From Octopus vulgaris (taxonomy: Eukaryota), in NCBI GenBank assembly GCA_951406725.2, contig OX597820.1, positions 41,602,001 through 41,666,000 on the forward strand: a stretch of 64,000 bases of DNA, in the 5' to 3' direction. The notes beneath the pieces are model-generated. The model saw nothing but the letters and a program-made list of their open reading frames with translations, made no database searches and was not told where the DNA came from. Of the stretch, positions 15,236 through 28,757 are shown in pieces. Numbering within the stretch: position 1 is the first letter of the stretch; each line of letters begins with the position of its first letter. The position numbers and the translations under genes are program-made.

Positions 15236-18200
15236 AGTAAGATGATGTGAGATAATTGAATACCTAAATATACTTACATTTACACCCTTATATACAAATA
15301 TGCAAACGAATATGTGTGCATATATATATATATATTTGATATATATATATATATTCATATATATATATATATTCATATATATATATGTATATATATCGAG
15401 AGAGACAGACAGATAGACAGAGTGAGTGTGAGGGATATGCGCATACGCAGCCGCACAAGTGCGTGCGTGTGTGTGTTTGTGTGTGCGCGTGTGCTTGTTT
15501 GAGCATCAGTTTTTAATTGTATACGTCGATTTACGTTTCCCTTTCTGACGTAGACACTCAGACATAATCACGCACAGACTGAGACGGTGAATAACATCTT
15601 TTAAATGTCCGTACATACAGAGACATTTAAATATATGTGTGCAATAGACATAAAGAGGCTCCTGTTCTTAATGAGAAATTCACACTAATCGTCAACATTG
15701 ATGCATACATGCATTCTATCATATCTGATGTCCTACAATCATATCAACATAAATGACACACACACACACACACACAAATATGCATACATATAGATACATA
15801 TACTTTCTCCCACCATCGTAAGAGTACGTATATTCGCATACATACATGCAAACAGTTATACACTCTTATACACTCTTCCTCACTTCACGTCGCACCTACC
15901 AACCGCATTAGTTGTCTATCAAGAAATTATTCATGTTCCCGGACCCAATGAAGCGTTGATCGGGACATCTTCTTAACTCGTACAGAACTCTTAACTGTGA
16001 AGAGCAGATTCTGTGCGCAAGCGTGTTAATGTGTTTGTAGGAGTTGGTGTGTGTGTGTGAGTCTGAACCTGTGTGAATGTGTGTGTATGTGGGTGGGTGT
16101 GTTAATGTGTGTATGCTGCTCATAACGACGAAACGTTGAGAGAAAATATAGTTTTAACGGAAGATGTGACTGCAAGAGTAGTCTAAATAAAAGTTTAAGA
16201 AAAGGGGAAGTAACGAAATGTAAGTGCATATGATCCACACACACATACATAATATATATGTGTTTATACACGCACACACACACACATGCACACAAGCACA
16301 CACGAATACCTATTTTAAAATAAGCTTATGCATGAACATAGAGGAATAGTCTCTGCTTATATTGCACTAGGCCACACATCTATAGCTAAAGTGTGCAGTC
16401 GATGCAGACTATTTTATGACAGGACTAGCGTTTATTATTATGGAACCTTGAGAAGCTAAATTTTTTTTTTACGAATCCAGTGGAATTATTCAGGAAACAA
16501 ACACATTAAACTAATCAACATTAAGCATTTACTCCTTCATTACTAATCTTGATCAATGATTTGTTATATTAGCTGCGGGACACATTTTCTAAGGTGGAAT
16601 ATTACTGTAAAAACAAATATTGACAAAAATACATTTTGATCAATCTGGAAGGATATTAGGCGAATCAACACTTGTAGGAATTGCACTTGAATGTAAAGCA
16701 CCATAACTATTCAACGGTCTCTAATAGACGTGAATAATGAGACAAGAAATGGTGACATTATATAATACATCTGGTAAACGTGTTAGTGTATTAATAATAT
16801 ATATTCAATCGACAGTGACTCTCAGTTACAATTATAACCTGACTACCAGCGTCTATTATGCTATTTCAGCACACAAAACAACATTCTACTGTAGTTAATA
16901 TAGGCAAGTGGATCCATCAATCTTATTTAACTTCTTGAGACGAAAACGAGGGAAAATAAATAATATAAATAAAATAGCTAAGGAGAGATTTGGGTTGTAT
17001 AATGAAACTATTTTCGGCTACTTTCTCAATAATGTGTGCGTGTGTATCATTAACACCACCTTTTGACTTTGATATAAGGTAACTTTTTTGATCATATTAG
17101 TGTTTTTCACGCGACAGTGAGAGGATATTCAAACTTTCTTTAACTGTCGATTAGCATTAGTAATCGAGATTGGCTAAACATAACTGAGTTCAATCTGAGT
17201 TTGACTTGAATGGTTTACGACACAGCCCAATTCCTCGCCATTTCCGAGACGAAAATAAGGTAAAAGGGGGTGGGGGATGCTTACCTATAAACATGGATAA
17301 GCAACCACTTTCAGCCTTTTAGATGCTCAAGTGTAAAAACCTGTTCAAAACAAATTTATAGGATACATTTTATAGATAAGAAATTTAAAGTAATGAATTT
17401 AGCTTCTAATAATTCATTTCTGATACCGTTTTACTCATGTCATCCATCTGTTGCCATCTTTGAATAAGGTTGGAATGTTTTCTCACTCTTCAATGCATAC
17501 TACTCTCTTAATTACTTGCTGTATACCTACTACACAAGCCTTGAATGAATATAATTTGTTTTGGCCTGGATGCAGGGTTTTCAGAAAATAATTATATTAT
17601 CGAAGACCCCTATTAGACCCCCTTTTTTTTTTTGAGGAAGGTATTTATTCTTTCATGTAGTGTGTAATATTGCTCCTGTTTTAATTCAGTTGGGACAGCG
17701 GAAAGAGAAAATACAGATTGGATAGGATTAAGAATTGCGAAGCGTGAGATGTTAGTTAAAAGATTTCATTGAAATGTGTTTGGAAAAATGAACATGGAAA
17801 TTGGAGCTATTACAAGAATAGAGACGCTGTTTTCAAGAGGCGGGTGCAAAGAAAGATATTGAAGGTGGTACTTCAATGATTCATCTTACCTCATGTCCAA
17901 CAAAGTCTGTATTGTTAAATTTTACAGGTTACAAGATATATATATATAGTTAAGCAGGATTGCGGAGAACACTTCTAAGTATAGTGATTGTAAATTTGAA
18001 TACTTTGAGAAATAAACGGATTGTTTTGATTTTATTGTATAATCGCAGTATTTTTAAACATAAAGGATACAATTGATCAAGAAGGCTTTAAAGACACACA
18101 TATACAAACACATACATACACTCACATTTACACACACATATAGACATAAAGACTTAGGCACAAACGCGCGTACTCAAGAAATGTTTTGGAACCAGAGTTA

Positions 18201-18984
18201 CACCATATCTAGTCGCGAAACATCCGCGTTACATCTACTAGTCTACATAGATTTTAATGATGTATTGCTCAGTCAACCATAACACGGTCAATTTCAGGAA
18301 CAAATTGTTAGATCCATTATCGTGTATTCTACCAGTGAGTCATTATTGTGTCTACAAATGTCATCCATAACTAAAGTCTATCCCTTTGGATTTCCACCTT
18401 AGTAAAATCTCTTCCCACTCTTTCTTTCTCTTTCTCTCTCTCTCTCTCTCATCCACCACTTATACGCAGATACACACACGTACTCTTTCGACATAACCTA
18501 ATCAGAAATCCCATTTTAATGAGAACTCTGCTGACAGCTACAGTAGAAGTAATAGCGCATCGATTCACAAAGTCTCTAGCGACTGCTTCTTTGACTAATC
18601 TGCTGTCACAGAATAATTCCTTCTTTGGTGGCAAAGGCAGTCTCTTTGGGTCTCGCTTAAAATCATTACAGCAAAGCACGTATCTGACTAAAAGTTGTTT
18701 AGCAGAGTCACTTCAATAGTTCAGTCCTTAGTGGGCCAGCGATTGGATGCAACTATTCTATTTTGGTGTCAAAATTCTTTATTTTTGTCTTTTTTGTTTT
18801 TGCATTATTACGAAACCCTCTAGGGTGATCAGAACTGGCGCAGATGGTTTTAGCGGAAAAGGCTTAACAAGAATTTATGAGGTGACTTAGTTTTTTTTTT
18901 CTCTCTCTCTCTTAAATCTCGCGGGAATGATTGCCTTTCATACCACCAATGTCAAAACACAAATACCAGCTGAGCCAATGAGAG

Positions 18985-19180
18985 ATTCTGTATATAGTAG
19001 CTTGACCTGCTAGATATAGCATGAAAACTCACAAATCACACTCTAACGTAGCTGAAAAAAAAAGAAACAAATGATAGACTACCCTCGATAAAAAAAACAA
19101 ACCTACCGAATGGTCAGGATTGGAGTAACTTAGAGCATAAGCTTGATTCACTAGGGCTAACAGGGAGCTAAGCAACGACA
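18985..19180 (-). mobile_element. Degenerate short interspersed repeat (same family as 36975-37150 and 57135-57320)
   Basis: Reverse complement shares the blocks TATG(A/C)TC..AG....TCCAATCCTGA.C and TGTGATTT...GCTATATCTAGCAGGTCA with the two plus-strand copies. Confidence 0.5.
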
Positions 19181-19490
19181 ATTACTAATAACAGTAATAT
19201 ACTATTAGAAAGTAGTAAATCGCTTATTCCATTCTGATAACAGAAAGGAAATAGTGATTAATTCAATACTACGAAATATTAATTCAGAAATATAACTAAC
19301 AACAAAAAGAGTTATATTTTAAACATATGTATTTGATTTTAAACCCCAGGTCAATTCTGAAAGAAGAAACCTATTTCTAATTATGTTTCATTTGGGTGCA
19401 ATTTCTATGAAGCAGATCAATCGTGCAGAGGCTCCCGCAATGACCGTTTAGATACGTACACAAATACATATATGCATTAGCACACAAACA

Positions 19491-19551
<61 letters not shown>

Positions 19552-19946
19552 ATATATATATCACATATAAAGAGAAAAGAAAAATTAAATTACAGACGGC
19601 AGGGACTTATATAACGTTAAATATACATACGTATCAACAAATATACATTACAGCTGTTTCAAATATTCGGTGATAAGTTGATACTGTAATGCAAAATATG
19701 CAAAAAGGTATGCATGTAACGTATAAATGAATTTTTGCCTTCAATAATTGTTTATTTCTTCGCTTGTCTCTTTATTTCCTGTTTTCATAGGCAACTAGAT
19801 TTCTTGGAAGTTGGAATTTAAGAAGCGGTCCAGCTCGTTCATTAATGTGGTGCTTATCTATTCTACGAAAATACTAGTGCCCTCTCATTCTTAATATACA
19901 TGTATATATACATGCTTATATATATATACATATATATATATATATA

Positions 19947-21210
19947 GGTAAATTGCCACCATTCTTTATTTTTTAGTTTTTATTTCGTGCATGGGCATTA
20001 TTTGTTTTTCATTTTCTGAACTTCACAGTACAGTAGGGTCAGTTGGGTGCCCTCTGTGAGAGAAACAGCACTGTGATGCAAATCACTCTGCCAGAAATTT
20101 GGAAAGGACATGCTGTACTGCTTGGCTTTTGCGCCAGAAGTTCCTGCACAAACATTTCAGAGTGTTTAGGTGTCAACTTGACACCCAAACACTCTGTTAC
20201 AGTGAAGTAGACTCGTAAAGAGTTGGATGAGAATCTAATAATGATTACGAAAGCACGGCAGGTCGGAAAACTCACTGTGATCTTTCTGATGAGAAAAGAA
20301 CTCCTGAATTCGTTGGTGAGATCCAGGCCATGATTGACAATAATCCCTCCAAGTCAATCAGGTTCATCGCCACGGACATGGGAGTGTCTAAGTTCCTTAC
20401 CAGGCAGGTAGTGCATAAAGACATTCAGTATTTCTTATATAAGATGGGAAAGGGTCAATTTTAACCCAAGCCACCAATGACAAGATGAGAGACTACGCTA
20501 CAAAGCTTTTGAACAAACTCAAGCATCCCCTCCAACCGAATAAGCTTTGGTTTTTCTCAGACGAGAAAAATTTCTGCCAGGACCAGATGGTAAACACATA
20601 GAGCAACCATTGGCTTGCCGTGTCCCCAAAACATGTACCAAGTGTGATAAATATAAAACATCCAATCAACATTATGGTGTTTGGAGCGATCAATAGTGAT
20701 GGCGACGTTATGTCTCCATTCATCTTCCCACACGGCCTCAGACTCAACACGGAGTCCTACATCAAGTGCCTGGAGGCTTTAGTGCTGCTCTGGATCAAGA
20801 GGATGGCTACCGGACGAACATATGTCTGGCAACAGGACTCTGCACCATGTAAAACAAACAGGAGAACCCAGTCATGGCTGTCAGGAATTTCTGCGACTAC
20901 ATCAATCCCCTAACATCTGACCACATAACTCCCCAGGCAGCAACCCGCTTGATTATTATGTGTGGGCGCAGTTGAGCGAGAGACCAACAAAACTCCTTGT
21001 GAGACCAAAGATGACCTGAAGGCAAGGATTATGGCAGCATTCCCCAACTTAAACAAGGACACCGTCCAGAAGAGTTGCAGGATATCCCGAAGTCGTCTAG
21101 GGGCCGTGGTTGAAGCCAATGGAAAATTTTATTGCACAAACTTACTCTTTAGTGTTTCAAGATAGCTTTCTGTAATTTTGGTAAATATATGTTAAAATGA
21201 GATATTAAAA
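19947..21210 (+). mobile_element. maT-family (DD37D) Tc1/mariner DNA transposon, degenerate, right end missing
   Basis: Broken transposase ~20076-21135 with WFFSDEKNF (D1 at 20560), VWQQDSAP (D2 at 20836) and I*PHNSPGSNPLDYYVWG (D3 at 20951). There are 112 nt between D2 and D3, i.e. 37 codons plus a +1 frameshift. The element starts directly after a (TA)n tract with GGTAAATTGCCACC; no matching right TIR is seen. Confidence 0.88.
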
Positions 21211-21229
21211 TGAATGTCAGATCACAACT

Positions 21230-21620
21230 ATGTAGGGCGTACCCCTTTGAGAATACCATATGCACCAATGCCAACAGAATGGCATGTAGGATTAGCCCTG
21301 TCATTAACTGTAGAACTAGAAATGTAGTTTACAGCTTAAGATGCATAGAAAGTGCTTTTAAAGACATGAACATGACATACATAGAGGAGGTATCCAGGAG
21401 CATTGCGGAACGACTAAATGAACATTTGAGACAATATGACGACAAAAATCCATCCTCCATATTCTACCAACATGCCAAGGGCCAAGATGGAGGAAACCTG
21501 TGTTAACTTGACATCCACATCTTATCCAAGCACCCAAAGGACACAACACTCAGACAAATATGAGAGTACGTCCTCATAAATGAAACTTCCCCAATACTAA
21601 ATAGGAAATATACATAGTAC
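21230..21620 (+). mobile_element. Penelope-like element remnant, C-terminal GIY-YIG endonuclease
   Basis: Reads CRTRNVVYSLRC...TYIEEVSRSIAERLNEH...SSIFYQH...*LDIHILSK...LRQI*E..LINETSPILNRK. This gives the VVY/YIG(E) motifs, conserved R and H, the catalytic E and the terminal LN, with in-frame stops. Confidence 0.8.
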
Positions 21621-22040
21621 ATATCATATCCCCATATCCAGAGTTTACACAGGTAGAGAATAGTGGGCTGTTATGTAGATAGATGTATGTGTGTATGTGG
21701 GGTGTGTATGTATATATATATATGTATGTATGTACATAGATGTATGTGTGTGTAGGTGGGTGTATGTATATATGCATATGCACATGCATGTAAGCATATG
21801 GATCTGAAAGTAAACAGATCAACATACAGATGGATAAGTACATAGATTATATGAACAGACAAGCACACATACGCAAATGAAGACTGAAACGCATGACAAT
21901 ATATACACACACTTTACTTCACACAAGGACACATGGAGACACACGGCCACACATATGAAGACTCACATCCATACATACAAATACGGTACATAGTTGCAAA
22001 ACACACACACACTCAGACATGCACACACAAGGAGACAGAG

Positions 22041-22107
<67 letters not shown>

Positions 22108-22624
22108 CACACACATACGCGCGCACACAAGCATAAAAACATAGAAACACGGACATGCAAACACATGAATATGCAGAATACATGCAAATGTACAGACATA
22201 AATAGATACATATGCACACACACACACATACATGCATACACACACATATACCTAAATACATGTATAGGCACACACTGATCCACACACATGTGAACAAACA
22301 AGCAAAAAGGAACACAGTGTGAGTAACGGACAAAACTACTGAAGAGGTTGCAAGATGCAACGAAAATTTTAGAAAAATAAAAAAAGGAATAAGTGGAAGT
22401 TTTACCGGTGAGTGTCTTAAATTATAAGGTAGCAAAAAAGAATGACTCTTCCCAGACACAACAGAATATATATATAATTGTGTAAGTAAAATTGCATAAT
22501 TTATTAACAGTGAAACAATTGTATGGGGTTAATCTATTTTTTTTGTTATTTTTCATTTGTCCTGCTTGCTTACGTTCATAGTGTGCTAAATTTTTCTTAG
22601 TGGTTGAGACTCATGCGGATCTCT

Positions 22625-22667
<43 letters not shown>

Positions 22668-22668
<1 letters not shown>

Positions 22669-22742
22669 TTTATTAAAAGGCAGCAAAACTATCACAGAAA
22701 CTGTTACTCAGAGTTTCACGTTCCCGTTCTTCGGACATTTTT
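22668..22742 (-). ncRNA. Type-I minimal hammerhead ribozyme-like motif (U4C variant), copy 1, PLE pLTR-type
   Basis: Reverse complement reads TGT-CCGAAGA-ACG GGAA CGT-GAAAC-TCTGA-GTA-ACAG...TTTTAATAAAG. Confidence 0.6.
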
Positions 22743-22816
22743 AAAAACTGTCCGACGAACGGGAACGCGAAACTGAGTAACAGTTTTTGGGATAGTTTTG
22801 CTGCTTTTTAATAAAG
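22743..22816 (+). ncRNA. Type-I minimal hammerhead ribozyme-like motif (U4C variant), copy 2, PLE pLTR-type
   Basis: AAAACTGT-CCGACGA-ACG GGAA CGC-GAAAC-TGA-GTA-ACAGTTTT gives an 8-bp stem I, a GNRA-capped short stem II and a GUA cleavage triplet, with AATAAA downstream. Confidence 0.65.
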
Positions 22817-22887
22817 CATATTACTCTACTTCTGTACTATTCGAGTACTATTTTTTCCATCTTGTTTTGCATTCAAGTGCTTACTCT

Positions 22888-22941
<54 letters not shown>

Positions 22942-23099
22942 TATATATATATAAATATATATACACACATATATATATATATACACACACATACACACAC
23001 ATATATATATATATATATGTATCATACAACGTTAGAAGTAAAGAGGTTTAACCTTGTCTAACAATATTTACATTAATATAATGCTACCGAATGTCTATT

Positions 23100-24490
23100 A
23101 ACTCACCAACTCACGAATGATCAGTTGTTGTCTACTGTATGCGCCTTTTCTTCCCTAACTGCAGAATATATAAATATATTTGCATCAATTCTTTGTAAGA
23201 ATGATTACAAGTATCTTACATTTACAGGCAAAGCTTGAGTTGTAATATGCTAAAACTAACTAGTTGGTAAAATTACTCGCATGCACTCACAATATGCTTT
23301 TTTATTTTTATATATAAAATTTCCGTTACTAATGAGTAGAATGACACAGGAAGAAACAGCTAAGAACTGCAGGAACTTAGCTTTACTTTAACTGACTTAC
23401 AGAACTCTTTGATAATATAATACATGCGACGATTATCAAAACAATACTATTAGCCAAATTTTCATAACAGCTTGTTGTGGCTGTCGGAAACCTAACCATG
23501 AATTGCTTTCCCCAGTAGAAGTGGCAACAAAATATCGTATCTGATATACTATATGAATAAGGGATCCTGCTGGGTGATAGGCTATCAGTACACTTCTTTA
23601 CTCTCTTTTTTGGATCCCTTTATATACTTGCTTACAAAACTTATAGTTTATGGAAATGGACAACTTGGAGCTAGAAGAAATAATTGTAGATGGCATGAAG
23701 CTGTATGGGTCAAGTATTAATCCTTTCAAGAGCACTTGGGTAATGTTACCAAACATTTCACATTGAAATGACATACTGCGATTCTCAATGCGCAGATAGA
23801 AAACTAGTGCCCTTCTACTCCCTCACAAAGATACATGTGAATTTCTTGATAATGGAACTTATAGGGTTGGATGAGAACTACAATCATATCGAAGACATTG
23901 GGAATATGAAGTGCAATAAACCCATTGACAAACAAGGTAAAAAATGAATACACCAAGAGAGTTAAGAAAATGTAATTTTTGAAACTCTCAGCCTAAATAA
24001 ACTGTACATTCTTATTCAGACGCCTATATTTACCTCATAAACTGGGCAACAGAACTTAGCGATATTGATTTAAGAACTCTGAAGCTGTGTAAAGTTACTC
24101 ATCGTCGGTGAGAATATTGACAGATTATGTTTCTCACACGAAGAGAGGCATATTGATATTGTATGAGATCTGGATCTTCGCAGTAAAGCAAGACGATGAA
24201 CCAAGGCGGACATACCAACTAAAAGCAGGCACAAAATTCCTTCCAAAACAGATCATGCTTAACACAACAACAGCAAAAAAGAGTAATACCAGTTCTCTAG
24301 GAATTTTGAACCAGGATACTTAAAATGAAAAATTGACCATAGAGGGAATAAACAAACTGAAAGTCTTGTACGAGTACCGACAAGATTTTAACATCTCAAA
24401 TTAAAAAGATAATTCACACAATCTAGGAAATAATAATCCCCACAAGTACCCTCTATACAGCAGACAAATGCCAACAAAAAATGGTAAGTG
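23100..24490 (+). mobile_element. Heavily decayed R4/Dong-like reverse transcriptase remnant
   Basis: Frameshifted motifs occur in the expected order: KNCRNLAL..., FDNIIHATIIKTILLAK, GILLGDRLSV (GI.QGDSLS), LDPFIYLL, VDGMKLYG (xDDLKLY) and YVSHTKRG (LYxxRxxGGRG). Confidence 0.55.
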
Positions 24491-25131
24491 AAACCTACAG
24501 TTTTTAATCAGGACACCATCGACTGAGAGAGGATGTCTTCTAGATAAAGCAATTGTCTTTACAATAGAGTTAAGTTCGTATGAGTATGTGGTTTAACTAA
24601 CAAATTTTGACTGAGAAACATGGATCTATGTTCAGGGAAAGGATATTTGCAATGTATTACTTTTAATTACAAGATTCAATATATTTTACATGTTTGCACT
24701 CTGAAATGTGAATTATTTCAATTATATTGACTTCCTTTTTAAATAGTAGCATTAAAAAATATGTTACTAATACCATTATCGAAATAAACTTTGGAAATTT
24801 ACTGTTGGTTTTTGGTTCTCAGACTAAGGATTTTCAAGCGAACCGATATGTTTTCATTTGCCGTATGTATGTATACACGTATCTATATTAGAAATATGCA
24901 TTCATGTCTAAGGAAAAGGTATATAGAACATGCTTGCTTATTTAAATGTTAACGCATATTTCTACTTTAAGCAAATCATTACATTTAAGGACTTTTATAA
25001 ATATTTTTCTAGTATATATTATATATATTTATTTATATATTATATATATTTTTATAACTATTTTAGCACTGAAAATTGAAATTTATCATGTATCATTTTC
25101 CATTTATATCTACGAAATATTTATTTGAAAG

Positions 25132-25133
<2 letters not shown>

Positions 25134-25212
<79 letters not shown>

Positions 25213-25485
25213 TACATACACACAACACACACACGCGGGCACAAACATATGCACATACACAGATTGATAAGTAGATTATGAGAAAGACAGAGCTACACAG
25301 GTAGATAGATAGGTAGGTAGGTAAGTAAGGAGGGTAGGCAGGCAGGTAGGTAGGTAGGCAGGCAGGTAGGTAGGTAGGTAGGTAGGTAGGTAGGTAGAGA
25401 AATAAAAAGATAGCTACATGAATTGATAGATTGAGATACACAGAGATAGACTGATAGAGTCAAGAAGACGGACAGACAGACAGGC

Positions 25486-25553
<68 letters not shown>

Positions 25554-25621
25554 TGATAGATAGATAGATAGATAGGCAGAGAGATAGATAAATAGATAGG
25601 CAGAGAGAGAGATAGATAGAC

Positions 25622-25703
<82 letters not shown>

Positions 25704-25720
25704 GCAGAGAGATAGATTGG
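25134..25720. repeat. (CA)n, (AGGT/AGGC)n and (GATA)n microsatellite cluster
   Basis: Direct reading. Confidence 0.93.
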
Positions 25721-25850
25721 TAAATGGGCAGATTCTGTCACCGGCGATTGGAGATACTGCAAATGGCTCCCAATACAGTGGATAGAGCGGAGATAGTGTG
25801 CGCACGCACGCGTGTAACATATAAATATGTATATATGTAATGATGTATAT

Positions 25851-25913
<63 letters not shown>

Positions 25914-27462
25914 AACATAAATAGGTAAGGAGAATGTTCATAAGAATAGAAATTGAGCCAAAGAGAAAAGGAGAAGGGAAAATGAAAGTATGGAGGTAGT
26001 AGGAGGAGAAAGAACGATTCCAAGGCTACGAACGTGAAATTTGATATCCTCTCGGTGTCATAGTAACCTTACTCTCTAGGCTGTCAATAGGTTTGCTGGG
26101 AGATTTCAGAATTTAAGTTGCAGCAAAGCAAAAGACTGTAATAAGGGCTTTTATGTGTGTAACTAGTGTCCTGTTGCAACACTTGAGTTTTTCGACAGAG
26201 CATCATTATTCTGGCAATTTCTGCCGTTGAAATACAATTCTGTCAGGAGAAGAACAGAGAGAGAGAGAGAGAGGTGGGGGAGAGACAGGCAGACAGAGAC
26301 AGAGCAACAGAGCGAGATAGAGAGTGGGAGAGGTGAGTAAAGAAGAGAGGAATTGAGAGCGAGAAGTTGGAGCGAATTAATCATAAAATGTGCATGACTG
26401 AGTGAAAGGAGGTGTTACAAAAATATCATAAAATGCATGTGTGTATGTCTACGTGTAAGAATAAAAGTGTGGATGAGTCGTATAACGGACACGCAGGCAA
26501 AAGAAGACATAAATACACACGCTCACTGTATATAAAAGAGAACAAATAAAGACGGTGTGTGTATGTGTGTTGGGGGAGGAGAAAGAAAAGAGACATATAC
26601 ATAGGCATAGAGAAAGGTAATTGAAGATACATTTACTTGTATTTCCTAACTTCATTATCTTCTTATTTTTTCGGTTTTGTATCTGAGATAATTGATGGGT
26701 CAACACTTACCTATACTTTGACACATCTATCAATACGAAATGGACCAACACACACAGTCGCATTCACACAAGCGCGCGCACACATACACACACACACCAG
26801 CATACACTCACGTACACATACAAATACACACACACGTAAAGGACACACATGCACATGGCACACACATACTGTTTCTTTTTTTTGTTGTTTTTGTTCATAC
26901 AGGGTTTGGAAGAAGGGGCAGTGTCCAGGCTTATTTCAGGGTTCTCTTCAAGATGGGATATATAAATGAGTGTATATGTGTGAAAATTTGAAGTTTTGAC
27001 AACTTCGCGTTATGTTTGATTAACGAATTATAAACTTAGAGAGAAAGAGAGTGTTGCATATACATCTAAACACATATATATCAATGTATACAAACTCATA
27101 ATTTCTATCTCTGAATGTGTGTGAGCGAGTGTATGTATGCATTTGTGTGTGTGCGTTTGTGTGTGTCTGTGTGTGCATTTGTGTGTGTGTGAAAATGAAG
27201 ATGAAATATTAGGATTTCGGTGTTTGGAAGAGAGATTATATCCTTTATCGAGAACTTGCGACTAAAATCACACGGGATTTTAAAAGAGTATTGCGATTGA
27301 AAACGAAATATACCAAGACAGAAACAAGCGTAAATAAATAGGAAGTTTAAGCAAGGTTATCTTTTCACTGAAGACGAGGAAAGCACGAAAAAATACTCGA
27401 GTGGTTAAGAAATACAAAATAGACTTGAAATTGTGTAGAGAAAGGTTCGAAAGAGATCTATG

Positions 27463-27502
<40 letters not shown>

Positions 27503-27765
27503 AAGAAAGAGAGAGAGAGAGACTGTAGCGAGAGGGTATGATTAGTTCGAAAGAGAAAGACAGTCAGAAAGAGTAAGTGGGGTAAAACAGACCAAGTAAA
27601 TCACAGCGCGAGAAAGCAAATTGGTTCTCATGAAAAGTATATCTGTCTTCACTAGGAATAAAAACTGAGGTATACGACTAATAACAGAAAGGACAAAATA
27701 CAAGGCAGAGACAATACTCACACTATAATATATACTATTATATAAATAAATACTTACACACATAC

Positions 27766-27846
<81 letters not shown>

Positions 27847-27861
27847 CATACATACACACAC

Positions 27862-27997
27862 GACAGGTTTATTTCAGTTTCTGTCTTCCAAATCCACTTG
27901 CAAGGCTATAGTAGAAGGCACTTGTCCAAGGTGACATGTAGTGAGACTGAACCCGGAACCATCACCAAGCTTCTAACTACACAGCCATGCCTGCGCC
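27862..27997 (-). mobile_element. tRNA-derived CORE-type SINE, internally deleted
   Basis: Reverse complement GGCGCAGGCATGGCTGTGTAGTTAG...GGGTTCAGTCTC (A/B-box-like), then ACCTTGGACAAGTGCCTTCTACTATAGCC (CORE-like), then GTGGATTTGGAAGACAGAAACTGAAA. Confidence 0.75.
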
Positions 27998-28006
27998 TAT
28001 AATATA

Positions 28007-28048
<42 letters not shown>

Positions 28049-28156
28049 CATACATACATACATACATACAGCTTTCTCTCTGTTTCTCTCTCAATATATA
28101 TATATATACATATATCTTTCTGTTTCTCTTTCAATATATAGGTATGTATGAATATA

Positions 28157-28240
<84 letters not shown>

Positions 28241-28528
28241 AGTGGGTGTGTATGTGTCTGAGTGTGTGTGACTGAGTGTGTGTGTGTATATAAAGCAGCG
28301 TAAAAATTTAGATATGCTTTGCTATGCAGTCTATCTATTAGGAGTTTTCGTCTACCTTTATATATACAAGTGTGTGAATGCATTTACGTACACACATTCG
28401 TTAAAATGAATGTGTATACATGTATATAATATTTTTATACACACATAGAAATATACTATATACATACAAATGTACATTAAAAGATAATGTAGATGCGAAC
28501 ATACCTTTCTGCTTGTATCTATACATAC

Positions 28529-28614
<86 letters not shown>

Positions 28615-28723
28615 ATATATATGTATGGTTGTCTGTATTATGTATCAATGTAGGTAGGTATGTATGTATTTATTTATACATATGCACACACTTATATACA
28701 TGTGTGTGTGTATGTTTATGTGT

Positions 28724-28757
<34 letters not shown>

